Source: Mytilus californianus
Taxonomy: Eukaryota
Length of the DNA stretch: 64,000 nt
Direction of reading: 5' to 3'
NCBI RefSeq assembly: GCF_021869535.1
Contig: NW_026262679.1
Span: 87,234,001-87,298,000 of the forward strand
The position numbers and the translations under genes were made by a program. Below are positions 25,767-38,812 of the stretch, piece after piece. Under the pieces are notes generated by a model, which saw only the letters and a list, made by a program, of their open reading frames with translations, was not told the DNA's origin and searched no databases. Within the stretch, counting starts at the first letter, position 1, and every line of letters begins with the position of its first letter.

Positions 25767-27089
25767 TCATTGCAACGTAGAGTTCTGATTGTCGTCAGTC
25801 TTAATCATTGGGGCCGCAGGAGATGTGTCTCTTTCAATTAACTGCGTCGCATCGCGAGCTAAAAATGCCTGTTCTCGTTCGCCCTTGTCAATTTTGTGTA
25901 TTTTAATTGAACTGAAATTTGACGTTGAGCGCACCATGCTTGTGAAAGTTTTACTTCTATAACTGTTTAACTTATCAGAACGTAGTAGTATTCCATCTAT
26001 TTCAACACCCGGATGTACACGCCTATGCCGCTTACAGCATGCAAAGCAAGATTTCACTTCCGCTCTGAAAGTTTCATTCAACCAACAGTACACAAAAGGA
26101 TTATAACACGTGCTGCTAATCGCTATCCAGTGCAAGATGAAAAACGTTGTACTGTCATAATGAAAAATTGCAGCATTTGGATGAAAATCTGTCAGTAAGT
26201 GATACAGATTTATTGGCATCCAACACAATCCAAATACAACAACGACTGTTATCAAAAGTTTTATACTCTTTCGCTTGGCCCTAGCATGTAAAACTTGTTG
26301 ATTTTGAGTTACAGCACCTAGACTGCTCCTTAACCAAAGTTTTCTTACGATTCTACCGTATGATATGGCAATAATTGTAAGTGGAATGATATATTGAAGT
26401 ATCATAGTTATCAAAGTCAAACATTGTTCAAACAATTCCGCCGGCTCAGGAAAAGATTGTCGACAACGTCGTACATTTTTTGTCAACCAACTTACATTTT
26501 GAACTTTGTTGTAAATTCCATAAGGCAATGAGAACAAAATGGCGACTATCCATATAACTGCCAGGATACCCAAACCAACTGGTTTAGTTATCCGCGGTTT
26601 CAAAGGATATAAAATTACCCTTTGACGGTCTAACGCAATAGACGTAAGTGTGAACGTTGACACATATACCGATACCATCAAGGATAGATTAACAAAATGG
26701 CAGAGGAAGTCTCCAAATGGCCATTCAGTCACTAAGTTCTTTGCTATATTAAACGGAACGTTAAAACAAGTCAACAACAAATCCGACATTGCCATATTAG
26801 CAATGAAGAAATTCGTAACTGTGTACATCCTTTTGTTTCGAATGATAACATAGCAGACGATACTGTTACCAAACAAGGAGATGAAAGTCAACGTTCCATA
26901 CGCTAATACAAGCAAAATGTTCCTTATAATATCGCCAGATTCATTATGTCCTTTTGTACTCGAGCTTGAGTTGCCTGTTACATTTGCCGTATGAAGAATA
27001 AAGGCATGAGCTGCTGATAAATTTTGTGAATTATTTTTGAATGTTTTCATAAAGTCTTCAATCGTTTCCATAAAATGTCTATCCGGCAT
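25767..27089 (-). CDS. GPR83-like: Class A (rhodopsin-like) peptide GPCR, GPR83-like, 440 aa, single coding exon
   Basis: Seven hydrophobic segments with family motifs: GN (TM1), MAMSD (TM2), CHF..ALDRQ (TM3), W (TM4), YIIPL (TM5), CWMP (TM6), STCYNPFVYCWLNETFR (TM7, nearly identical to vertebrate GPR83 as I recall it). N-terminal glycosylation sequons NNS, NLS, NVT, NSS, NES. Confidence 0.93.
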   Translation of the reverse strand: MPDRHFMETIEDFMKTFKNNSQNLSAAHAFILHTANVTGNSSSSTKGHNESGDIIRNILLVLAYGTLTFISLFGNSIVCYVIIRNKRMYTVTNFFIANMAMSDLLLTCFNVPFNIAKNLVTEWPFGDFLCHFVNLSLMVSVYVSTFTLTSIALDRQRVILYPLKPRITKPVGLGILAVIWIVAILFSLPYGIYNKVQNVSWLTKNVRRCRQSFPEPAELFEQCLTLITMILQYIIPLTIIAISYGRIVRKLWLRSSLGAVTQNQQVLHARAKRKSIKLLITVVVVFGLCWMPINLYHLLTDFHPNAAIFHYDSTTFFILHWIAISSTCYNPFVYCWLNETFRAEVKSCFACCKRHRRVHPGVEIDGILLRSDKLNSYRSKTFTSMVRSTSNFSSIKIHKIDKGEREQAFLARDATQLIERDTSPAAPMIKTDDNQNSTLQ

Positions 27090-27110
27090 GGCTGATTTAA
27101 GTCTTTTAAC

Positions 27111-27135
27111 TCAGTTCATTTTATCTGAAAATATA
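27111..27135 (-). promoter_or_regulatory. Candidate 3' splice acceptor (AG at 27126-27125) and 2-codon uORF upstream of the GPCR ATG
   Basis: Minus strand reads ATATTTTCAG/ATAAAATGAACTGA; ATG AAC TGA at 27119-27111 is in frame with the main ATG and ends 21 nt before it. Confidence 0.5.
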
Positions 27136-28907
27136 AATCGCACATGTGATTTAACAATGAATGCAACAAAATGTGAACTTCTTTTTTAAGTTCACGAGAA
27201 AAATATATTTATCATTTGACAGAAAACAAAGATTATTCATAAATTACTACATGAAACTATCCTGCAATGCTTTGCAATAAATAAATCTGCTAAATTGAAA
27301 GATAGATACAAGATTTACAAATTAGATTATATAAGTAATTGCGTTTTATAGAGTTTCATTGATACGCACTTAGTAAATGTTGATCAAATAGCATAATACT
27401 TCAACAAAGGATGCGTCTTGTTATTTGGTATATTTTCCAGACTCATTTATATATTTCTGTCATTATTTCAATTATACAACCATTAAATGGAATAAGTTTA
27501 AGGTTAACTGGATACTTTGTTTCACAAGACACCAATTTAATCAACAGGATGTCTTTGGTCATTCAATAGTGATTAAGAGATGACGTACAATAACGACTAG
27601 CTCATTACCAATGAATTACTTGTCATTATTCAGAATTAGCATTTTACATCTTTTCTTTCAGTCGCCGTCATTTTGATCGATTCGTTCATTACATAGTGTA
27701 CAAAAAAGGGTCTTTTATGTTATTTTTATCTGTAATATTAAGAACAGTTTGTCCTATTTATTTTATAGGAAGGAAGACAATTTCCAGTCACCTAATTTTT
27801 ACGTACAGAAAACTATAAAATGCATTTCGAAGGGTTCACTCAGTTACACTAAGTTTTAGATAAGAAGGGACAAAGAAGAAGGTACAATTTGGGATCAAAT
27901 AGTCAATAGATCTAAGATATTTCAAAAATTTTAAATATGTGTACTTTAATAAAACATTGCAGTTAGGCTAAAATATAAAGCACAACCGTCAACCCCAAAA
28001 AAAATCTACAGTATTTAATATGCATTCTGTTCCATATTAGTTTAAGTCAAATGATCTTAAGATTAGAATATTTTGCAAAAAATCGGAAAATCACGCTTAT
28101 GACGTCCTTAAATGTCGTCAATGTGAAATTGTGTTATTCAAGCTTGGCTTGTATGCACATTTTTTAAAGTTAAAAATTGTGATGTAATAGACTCATACCG
28201 TGTTTTATTTTAGGTGAATAAGCAGGGTCAAATAAGCCCCAACATTTACCTCCTCTTATTTCGTGTCCCTTTCTATCTCAACACATTCGACACTGTTGTA
28301 AATTGAGAAAAAGTTCAATTTTGAATTATGCACTTTTACAATAACAACAACTATAATTATATGGTATTTATACTTATTTTAAACAAATAAAATGTACTTC
28401 TAATACTTGTTTTGGCTACTTAATGAAGTGTTAACGAATACTTTGGTATATGATCAAAAGGAAAACAAAAATAAATGCTATAGAATCTTCAAAATGAACG
28501 ATTTAAAGATCACAGATGAAAGGCTTTATGAAATTAAATTAAAACCAATGAATTGGTCTTATGTGTGTCGCTTTTTGTGCAAAAACTGGAAAAGGAATGT
28601 CTACATTTACAATGACAGAAAATATTGCCTTATATTGACGACTTCTTCCTCGTTACGAATTAAGTAATGGCCATCCAAAATGTCATTCTTTACAATTAGC
28701 GAAACAATTACCGGAAATAAACGAAGAAAAAATCAATAGAAAAAATGCATTGAACGAAATAATTGAGTTTTAGCTTTTACAATTTATGTATTATTAATTC
28801 ATGCATACACTAAATAGTAAAAAGTTGCACGATTCTTTTAATTGGACAATGATATCAGTATACAGCTTATTCGGGCATTTTTTTATATTTTTCTTCTTGT
28901 AATGTAA

Positions 28908-30483
28908 GCTTTTTCATTCCCTATTGTTAATTTTCCTTTTTAGACGGCGATGTTCCTTTGGCTCCATCATACGGTGTTTATATATCCCAACTCGTTCGTT
29001 ATGCCCGTGTGTGTAGTGATGTCATAGATTTTAACGAACGTAATCAATGCATCACTGGTAAATTATTAAATCAGGGATTTCGTTACCATAAATTACGTAA
29101 AACTTTTGCTAAGTTCTTTCATAGATACAAAGATTTGATTAGTAAATTTGGCTGTACTTGTAGAAAACTGATTAAAAACGGTATTTCACATCCTAAATTT
29201 TACGGTAATATTGTACTTAAAGCGCGGAAATCACTATGTGATCCGTGTAAACTCATCGAACCTTTAAACAAACTTATTAGTAAAGGTTATCTTACCAATG
29301 TTGTAATTAGATCTTTGAATATAGTTTACATTGGCACTAATATCGATTTTGTCATCAGCAAATTAAAACATAACTAAATTTGTATTCTTTTCAAACGGGA
29401 TGTATAAAGACACACCCACGTTCGTTTTGATCTATAAAGAGGTTAAACTCCTAACTATCCTACTGTCTGTCGATACATTTATTTTTGGCATTGCACTAGT
29501 CATGTCTTCTTTGACTGTCCATGACGTTAAAATACTAAATCCATGGGATGTATTTTAGTTGATTTTAGTCTCTGATGCATGATTTTTTATTATTAATTGT
29601 TTTGGCTTTTAACTAGCTGTCAGTAACTGCGAGTACTCTCAAATCGTACTTTCTTGTTTATTTGACCTGTTGATACTAATTGTATTGCTTTTTTGTTATT
29701 TAATGTTATTCAGGGTTATATCTGGTCTATATACCAGCTTTGATAAGTGTTTGGTATAACTATAAATTTTCACTTCGTACTATGAACATCAAAATTATTT
29801 ATTTTGTAAAAATATTTCCTTTCTCTATTTGAACTGTACACGTATACCTAACAACAAAATTATTTTCATTTACCTGTGTTTAAAGTTATTGCAAATGGCT
29901 GATATTTTTGTTCGATCATATTGTTTTTCTTTAATTGTTTAACATTTCATACCGATATAACATGTTACTTTTATTATTATTCCCTTAGTTTATTTATTTT
30001 GTATTTACATTGTATCATAGGTCAAATGTATTTGTTCAGTGTATGTTCAATGGTGTTAATATGTCCTTTGATTGAGTTAAGCTATTTCAGTTGATATTTT
30101 ATAGTATGTCTTTCTATGTTGTGATGTTACACTATTGTTTCAGAAAAAGGGTGAAGGTTTGGTACCATTAAAACGTATAAACCCGCTGCATTTGTTTGCA
30201 CCTGTCCTAAGTCAGGAATCTGATGTTCAGTAGTTGTCGTTTGTTGATGTGGTTCATAAGTGTTTCTCATTTCTCGTTTTTTAAATAGATTAGACCGTTG
30301 GTTTTCCCGTTTGAATGGTTTTACACTAGTAATTTTTGGGGCCCTTTATAGCTTACTGTTCGGTGTGAGCCAAGGATCCGTGTTGAAGACCGTACTGTGA
30401 CCTATAATGGTTTACTTTTATAAATTTTGACTTGGATGGAGAATTGTCTCATTGGCACTCATACCACATCTCCTTATATCTAT
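28908..30483 (+). mobile_element. 5'-truncated Penelope-like element (subfamily I), best-preserved copy
   Basis: FSFPIVNFPF, then an open 139-codon frame APSYGVYISQLVRYARVCSDV..KLLNQGFRYHKLRKTFAKF..KLKHN* (28958-29377). The UTR of about 1.1 kb ends in the type A terminus CCACATCTCCTTATATCTAT. Confidence 0.88.
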
Positions 30484-31079
30484 TTACCTGTGATTCTTTA
30501 CTTTAAATGACTGTTTTAATTTATGTCTTATTAATACATATAACTCGTACTCAAACATGGTTTTCTAATGTAGAACATAACTATTGAAAACCGGCTTGGC
30601 TGAATAAATCCATTGACAAACCGAGAAAGGATGATAAGGCTCCCTCTCATATATCAATAAAAGCCATTATTCGCAAAAAAGTATAAGTTAAACTGTCTGA
30701 TGACTCTATGCAAATAGAAATAAAGACCGTAGGCTTATACTTAACGTCAACTCTTGCCTTACCGCTCTATCCAAATACCAATGAAGGCCGTTAGTCGGAT
30801 TATTCCTTGATGTCTTACTATCATTTCTCTAATTCTATGACAATTTATACCTTTCTGCACTCATTGTATAAAAAAAAATAAATCAACGTGTGGTTGCCGG
30901 TGATCTCAGAAGATGATTGGACGAGTTTAAGGGTCATAACCTTAATCAGCTAACTGAATGAATCAAAATATGCTAACAGGTGTTAATGAAATTGACAACT
31001 TTGTGAAATTTGGAAGGCACTCGAAGGGGATTTTTGTTTAACAAAAAATGAAAATTTATTTTTTAGTCATTAGAGAAAC

Positions 31080-31239
31080 AGATTCTTACATAGTTACTCG
31101 TGGATTATCGGATTTATCCAATCTCGATAGTTAAATTATAAATTTTAAAGTCCTCGCCGAGGCTTGGACTTAAAAATTGATAATTTAACTTTCTCGATTG
31201 GATAAATCCGATAATCCACTGGTATCAATGTAAGAATCT
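31080..31239. repeat. 160-bp near-perfect palindrome (foldback or MITE-like)
   Basis: The left arm AGATTCTTACAT..GTGGATTATCGGATTTATCCAATC..AGTTAAATTAT matches the reverse complement of the right arm over about 72 bp. A (TA)n run follows. Confidence 0.85.
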
Positions 31240-31635
31240 ATATATATATACACGTATCTGTTAAATTGATGTCGTAATAGAATTTTAATGAACAGAATTG
31301 TGTAAATGTTCTCTTGTTTGAGTGTAGAATTTGTTCTAACTTTTAATTATACGAATATAAGAGCTTGGTTTTTGTTTTAAGTTTTTCCATTTACTTATAA
31401 TCTTTCAATACCTCTGAATATTTCTATGATTGCAAAAGACATAAAAAACATAATGTTACCTTCATTTGTATCCAACACAAGGAATTTTTACACTTCAATG
31501 CTTGAAGGGGTGTTTTATAATATTTTGTTATTTATCTGGTGGCTACAATCAAATTTTTTTTTTGCTGCAGTTGAACGGTGGATGAGTTTGTCGTATAATT
31601 TTAACGTGAGAGAAATCTTTAAACTGCTATGTATA

Positions 31636-32582
31636 TTTTCCGAACCATATGAGTATTTGGACCATATGCGTATGGTCATGACCATATGCGTATACCCATA
31701 TGATCCGACCATTCGCGTATGGTCGGACCATATGAATATATACTCGTTTGGTTAGTAACGGGCCGGACCATATAGGTATTTTTCGAATAAATTCAAACTT
31801 CCTTCGAAGGAACACTCAGCACTCAGCACGTTCTCCGAACCAAAATCTGCACAAGTTACTAACTAAAATCCTTTAACTACGACATATTTAGCCTGTCAAC
31901 TTTTTCGTCTGTAAGTGAAACCACATGAGTTGGTGGGCATGGACTTTTTTCCGTGTGTTTCGATTTTTTTTTTTCTTCTAATTTCTACTTATTTTCACTT
32001 AATTGATGTGTTCTTACTCCTATTGATAAGATCTTACAATAACAGTAGTCTATTTGTGCTGACCCTCAATTCTAATTTTCCACATAAGAATAAAGGGGCA
32101 ACACGAATAAACTACTGTAATTGTAAAATCGCCGTATGAATAGGAGCCTAAAAATTAAATATCTAAAAATAATTTGAAATATTTGAGAAATTTTTATAAA
32201 CAAAAATACAAATTGAAACACCAAAATAAAAACAGAGGGTTTAATGCAGTAAAATTGTTGAATTCTTGTTAAACGGTTCATTTACGTATTTCTTGAAGTT
32301 AGTTATTTTCGAAGTGTTTCGTAAGTTACAATCGATACTGACCATATCAAAATGGTTTTACTATAATTCTAACTTGTGATTAAAATTTTCGTCATTCATA
32401 AATAATGTAAAAATTATTACAAAGTGATTAAATAAGTCGAAATATCATTTTTAGAAACTTCCAATGTTTGACCCCTTGAAGGGTCATACCTTATGAAAGT
32501 AACAGTAATGTAAATAGTACATAAATACGCAAATGGTCATGACCATACTCGTATGGTTCAAATACGCATATGGTCCGGAACA
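31636..32582. mobile_element. Non-autonomous TIR element (about 950 bp) with TIRs of about 60 bp and TATA flanks
   Basis: Left end TTTTCCGAACCATATGAGTATTTGGACCATATGCGTATGGTCATGACCAT; right end reverse complement TGTTCCGGACCATATGCGTATTTGAACCATACGAGTATGGTCATGACCAT. Repeated GACCATATG motifs lie in 31640-31775. Confidence 0.8.
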
Positions 32583-33599
32583 TATATTTATAACTCGCAA
32601 GATCTCACGACAATTCAATAGCCGAAGTTTTTTTTTGTTACATTTGTTGAACGTCTGAGATAAATGAACTCTGTTGACGGATTGGACAACAAATCAAAGT
32701 TTTAGACATATGTAGGAGTAGAACGGCAGCTTTATATTAGAATTGCTTTGATGAACATTTTGCTAAATGGGATTTTCTTTAATCATAATGTCCAAGTGTC
32801 TTTCATTAATAAAAATGATACTCAGAGAGCCGTGAGTAAATTACATAAGTTAGAGGAAATAAATTGGATGATGAAATTGTTATGAATAAATCTGTTTTAC
32901 ATGTCAATCTACACAATCTAACTCTAAATAATGCAATATTTGACATTCAGAAATATATTTCTATCCTACAATTGATAAGCAAATCATCGTTTGCTGCGAC
33001 GATGCACATTACTGGTCTAAATATTATCAAGATAAAGCTAAATGCTAACAAATACAAAATCTGATGATTAAAAAGTCAAGTACATAAGAAACAAATACGT
33101 CAATTTACTAATTATAAATTGATACAGGCCTTTTAATACATAGATGTTCTGTTCTTACCCCGAGATCTTGATATCTGCCAGAGTGCTTTACCCAAGGACA
33201 CGTATCAATTGAGGGATAAAAAGACAGACATTGAAAAGACATGTATTAATCTATTCATTATTTATTTTTGGTCATCATTTAAATGATAAGCAGTCAAAAA
33301 TATATTTGATTTAATACTTGTGAAATATCAGAAAAACAACAGTACAATTCAAGATTCATACTATTCAAATTGCGGTTTTTGTGTGTGTTAAAATTATTAT
33401 TTAATCAATAATTAAATCTGTTTCCCAATCAGACACCCAATCAACAAGTTAGAGAATGTCTCCTATTCCGTCATCACAAAAAATTACGTCATTGGCATTG
33501 TTCAGACATGATGTCATAGTTAAAAATCGTTTTGATCTTACATGAGCAATGAAATGATATGTTATCCTACCCCTTGGGGAAGGTATCTTACCCCTGTGA

Positions 33600-34010
33600 A
33601 AATAACACGTGGACGATTTTGTTGGTATAACATACTTAGTATGTGCTATGTCTATATGCCATTTTGTTTTTCTTTGTTGGCATATTTGTTTGTTTTATAG
33701 TGATTACCATTATAACACAATGTTGAGTGCTGTACCCCTTTTTTTGGCATTTTTACCTATCATGTTTGTTTGTTTTGTTCACACAACGTGTCAATATAAT
33801 TCAATTTTATTCGACTGTCATACAAGTGAGAGGTTTTGCTAGCTATAAAACCAGGTTTAATCAACCATTTTCTACATAAGAAAATGCCTGTACCAAGTCA
33901 GGAATATGACAGTTGTTTTCCATTCGTTTGATGTGTTTGAGCTTTTGATTTTGCTATGCTTTTTGATAAGGGACTTTCCGTTTTGAATTTGAGTATTTTT
34001 GTTACTTTAC
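33600..34010 (+). repeat. PLE type B 3' UTR and terminus (subfamily III)
   Basis: Reverse-complement match to 55600-56070: GCTGTACCCCT..CCTGTACCAAGTCAGGAATATGACAGTTG..GGGACTTTCCGTTT..TTTGTTACTTTAC. Confidence 0.8.
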
Positions 34011-35054
34011 TATATACTTAGTATACAAAACTGCCAATATCGTTATCAAATAAGTTATAATTTAACTGGAGTTTATTACAAATCGTCATTTTCTAAACGT
34101 TCATTGGCTTAAATAGCCGTCAATAAGGTCAAAATTATTATTCAAAGCAACAGAATTGTTATCCCTAGTGTTGCAATTTACATCAAATTGTTGCAAGGTT
34201 ACTGTCTATATGTCTTTTATCCAATTTCCCTCTTTATTCATCAATACATCGACGGTATCATTTGATTGTGATTGTATAAGAACTTACCTTAATATCCGTT
34301 TCCGTAAACTATCCATAATTTATAACCATATTTCTAATTTTTAAAAGTTCCCTTAACAGTAAGTTTTAATCAACAAAAATACGTCCTACACAGAGCAGTT
34401 CTTGACAAATTGAAAACGGAACAAATCAAGAAACATGCTTCCATATTTCATCTTTTGTACTGTATTTGATGTGAAACATGTGTTCCTCTTAAATCATACA
34501 TTTGATTAAAATGCTGAATTTCCTATGACAAATACATAGAGAGAAAATACGACAAACGCTTTAATGATCTAGCAGTGCAATGAAAAAAAAAATTCCTACA
34601 ATCTCTAAACACACAAATGAAAGTGTCTATAATTGTTGACAACTTGCATTTTGAATTATTTTAATATATATTTTATTAGTTTCAATCAATGACATAATAA
34701 ATCGGTTGCACCAAAGTAAGTTTTTTAACTTGATACAAATTTCTTTTTATAAGGCTTTTATATTAGAAATATGTTAAAACTGGGTACGTCAAGTTACAGC
34801 AATATAAGAGCTCTTCCGTTGCTTTTGGTTTGAGAAATGTGTGTTTGAACTTTTGTCATGAATAAATACACCATATACTTTCCGTAATTTTCATAAAATT
34901 TTACATTTGTGTTTAAGAGCAGTTATCTGTAACCACCAACCATTTTATATAGGGGGGTCCGCAAAAATAGTCACCGATTTTCCTGAAACTTAGCCAAAAC
35001 ATGTAATCAGGTAAAAAAGTAAGAAAAATGCCCACCAAAATGTTGCTAGGCCAC

Positions 35055-35070
35055 GGTTGCCATGGCAACC
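35055..35070. promoter_or_regulatory. Perfect palindrome GGTTGCCATGGCAACC containing the consensus RFX X-box
   Basis: Exact GTTGCCATGGCAAC at 35056-35069. Function is not shown and it may sit in a repeat. Confidence 0.4.
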
Positions 35071-35689
35071 AAGTAAATGAGTTTTCCCGTACATTTTGAG
35101 GAATTTAGCATCTAAAAAACAACTACTTTGCAGTCATTCGGAATCAATACCAGATAAAATTTAATAATATGTGATAATATTTTTCAGAAACATGATACTT
35201 AACAAACACAACAGTAACATCACATATAAAAAATATTTTTGATGAATATTGTCACAACCGCAGAAGCAGAGGTCATTTTTCATAGACTAAGTATTTGGGC
35301 AGACAAATTATACACATTTTGCATGAACAAAATATATAGTTTTGCATCAACCTCCATTTAAGCTGTGGTTATAAATAAAAAGTATTAATGTTTCTTGTCA
35401 ATTAATTACAACAAAATGTTTGGGATATAGGGTTCTATGATGATTTTCTTGTAAGCAGAAATCCTCTATCAAGGAAGTCATGATAGAAAATGCAAGCCCT
35501 AAATATTAACTGGAGATATGTAACTCCTAATGCAGATACTGCTGATATTTGCTACATAATAATGGAAAGTTTATTATCATTTCTTTTATCGTAAAGATTA
35601 GTGCTCTACTACCCATATCATTTTCTGTATTGGATTGTGCTTGATTTTCATATGATGAAGACATAATCTTTCAATCAGTTTAATTGAGG

Positions 35690-36464
35690 TCTGGAGCTGG
35701 TATGTCAGTAACTGCTAGTAGTCCTTTGTTATCATTGTCATTTTGCTTAGTTTCTTCTGTTACCTATTCTAACATCGGACTTGGACTTCTTTAGAACTGA
35801 GTTTTACTGTGCGTATTGCTGTGTGTTTGTTTATTCTACATTGGCTAGAGGTATAGGGGAGGGTTGAGTTCTCACAAAACATGTTTAACCCCGCCGATAT
35901 TTTGCGCCTGTCCCAAGTCAGGAAACTCTGGCCATTGTTAGTCTTGTATGTTTTTTTTTTATTTCGATTCATTTATATGTTTCGGAGTTTAGTCCATTTT
36001 TCTCTGAACAAGTACACATTTTTGTTTAGGGGCCAGCTGAAGCCCGCCTTCGGGTGGGATTTTCTCGCTGTGTTGAAGACCCATTGGTGGCTTTGAGCTG
36101 TTTTTTGCTCTCTGGTCGGGTTGTTGTCTCTTTGACACATTCCCCGTTTCCATTCTCAATTTTATAACTGTATATGGTTGCTTTTATTTCTAGTTAAATG
36201 GGATAGCTTCCATCATTATTATTATAGTCATCAAACTTTTCAATAATCTGTGTGAGAGGTAAAGGTTTAAGGTATTCAGTAAAAACAACTGTTTCAAATT
36301 TAGAACTTTTAGGAAAGGAACAGTGTCATTATACGGTACCTTTTTCAAAACCATGTAATTGCAAAATAGATGATAAGTTGAAGACCCATTGGTGGCCTTG
36401 GGATGTTTTCTGCTCTTTGGTTGGGGTGTTGTCTCTTTGACACATTCCCCGTTTCCATTCTCTA
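35690..36464 (+). repeat. PLE-type 3' UTR variant A2 (35690-36167) plus a second short terminus (36378-36464)
   Basis: AACATGTTTAACCCCGCC..CCTGTCCCAAGTCAGGA core. The terminus GTTGAAGACCCATTGGTGGC..GACACATTCCCCGTTTCCATTCTC occurs twice. Confidence 0.7.
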
Positions 36465-37794
36465 GTCTAATAGTAAGCATATCGAATATAGGGGAGTTCT
36501 TTTTTTTTTAAATAAGACGTTCGTTTGCAGTAAATTATAAACATTTGCCAATCAATTATAAGATCGAATGGATGATTACATTATCTGTGTGTTTTATGCG
36601 GACGATTTCACATTACATGTAAAAGCGATCTAGGCATGTATATGCAATTTCAATATCAGCAGGATATTTCATAAAGATATCGCGTTTATACCAGAAAATA
36701 TGACATCCGTTTTTGGTCAATTATATGATTACATAATCTGTGTTCTCGGCGCGGACAATTGCACTTTACATTAAATAGCTATCTAGACAAGGTATTATAT
36801 GCATTTTTAATTTGTCTGAAAACCTATCCTACAGATAATATCATGTTCTTTAAAAGGGTTAATAGTTAATTGATTAGTGTTCATTTTATGCAAATTCTAT
36901 TAAATCAACAATAACATTGTCATTCAAGTCTAAACATGCGTATCCCCTGTGGTTTTCAACACAGCTCATGGTTTAAACTAAAAAAGCAATAAAACATGTC
37001 AATACAATGTAAATGTTTACTAATAAGAATTAATAACATGGAAAGAGGAATTAGATATAAATTGTCTGTTTCTATTGCTTAATGTAATCTTAGAGATGCT
37101 TTATGCTTTAATGCAAAATTGCATGCACTCAAAGAAAAGTATTTGGTTTTTTTTATTCATGGGGACATCTTTTAACTGATGGAAGAAAATATAATGAAAA
37201 GGAAAAGAACAAATCCAACAGTGTCTGTTATTTTCTCCTTCTTTGTTCATATTCTTTGTAAACTGAAACCTCTTCTTCAAATGAAAAAAAAAACATGCCT
37301 TGCAGTTTGATACTTTTATGTAGTGATTATAAGACTAGATTAGTGTATACATTTTTTCATGCATTGATATTCTGTACAGTTTGTTACGGGTATCGTGGTT
37401 TCCTGTATTGTTTATGAAGTTCCTTATGGATATCTTCTTTGAATTACTGCAACTGATTTTAGAGTGTAAGACGACATGCGTTCATATAATCAAGCAGAGT
37501 ACTTTGAACTTGCTTTGAGCAATCATTCTTTGATGAAGTAAACTATTGCTAATCATTATTTTGTGTCAAATTGTACTTTCGTTTCTCTAATGAGCAGTTA
37601 TTTTTCGAGTCAGTGCTTTTCCTATACTGTTTGTAATAAATGTCACGTGATATAGCTTTTAGTAGTAAACTGATCGAGTTTTAAACAGGAGAGGACTGAA
37701 ATTTTAAAAATCTTGTTTAATCCGGACAAAAATAACATGTCTGTTAAGACCTATGTCAATTGTTGGGTGATGTCATATCTTAAGTGTAAGTGTA

Positions 37795-38185
37795 ACGAAA
37801 TTTGGTATGACTGCCAATGAAACAACTATCCAAATGGCGTGGATGTAAGCAACTATAATTATACGTAATGTCTGGAACGGAGCAAAACCGATACCGGGTA
37901 AAGTCAGCTATAAAAGACTCAAACATGACAAAATGGGACACAATTCACACGCAAAAACTAACGGCCTGTCTTGTGACAAAAACAAATAACAAAAAACATA
38001 TATTTCAGACATGAACCATCGACAACCACTGAATCATAGGCTTCTCACTTGGGACAGACACATAAAGAAGGTTTTGTGAATAAACATGCTGTAAGCGCTC
38101 AACCCTCTTTCTAACCAAGGATGTGGTGTAAAAGCACAACATAAGAACAAACTGTAAAAATCAGTTGGAAATAGCTTAACTAAAT
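37795..38185 (-). repeat. PLE type A 3' UTR and terminus, reverse orientation
   Basis: GGTATGACTGCCAATGAAACAACT..GTCAGCTATAAAAG..GACAACCACTGAAT..ACATAAGAACAAACTGTAAAAATCAGTTG. Confidence 0.75.
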
Positions 38186-38734
38186 AGACTGATGTCTTTT
38201 TTTTCCTTCTTGTTGTTTTTCAGAGAATTTAGTACTAGTGACAGATAGTTCCTGCTTAAATTTCTTCATTTCTTAACTTATTTTTGTTGATTCGGGACGA
38301 TTAAGAACTTGACATATTATATACAAAACTGTCTATTTTTAAAGAATATGTTTGCCTTTTAGATTTATTTTATTTAATTTTGTCGTTGGTTTCTTTCTCT
38401 TTGATGTATGCTACACGTCTTTTATTCACAACTTGAGTAAATAGTATGTGTTTTTATCGCCATTTGCAATTTTAATTAAAAGTTACACAAAACTTCTCTG
38501 ATGCATATAACTAGATATGTCCATATATAGACTTAATCTTACCTACGTAACTAGTATATCAAGACCTATTTGTGTGCTCTATATAGAGCATGAAGAATTC
38601 CAGAGAGAGGAGATGTGGCATTGACATTATGATTATTGTCAACACTATATGACTTTGCATTTGTAAAAACAAGAATTAGAATATACAATGGAAAAAGCAA
38701 AAGTTCGTTGAGCAAATGGTATCTTTTACGAACT

Positions 38735-38812
38735 TAACGTCTTTTGGCCTTTAAAGTTAATGATTTGAGCGTCACTGATGAGTCTTTGGTAGACGAAACG
38801 TGCGTCTAAGTA
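38735..38812 (+). ncRNA. Type I hammerhead (38769-38812) in a short retrozyme fragment: core and stems II and III intact, stem I 3' strand lost
   Basis: GCGTCA CTGATGA GTCT TTGGT AGAC GAAA C GTGC G TC, then TAAGTA instead of TGGCGT. Confidence 0.8.

Noticed and set aside
30636-30670. CTGATGA..GAAA as a hammerhead
   Set aside because: The register of stem II is wrong and no flanking stems or cleavage triplet can be formed.
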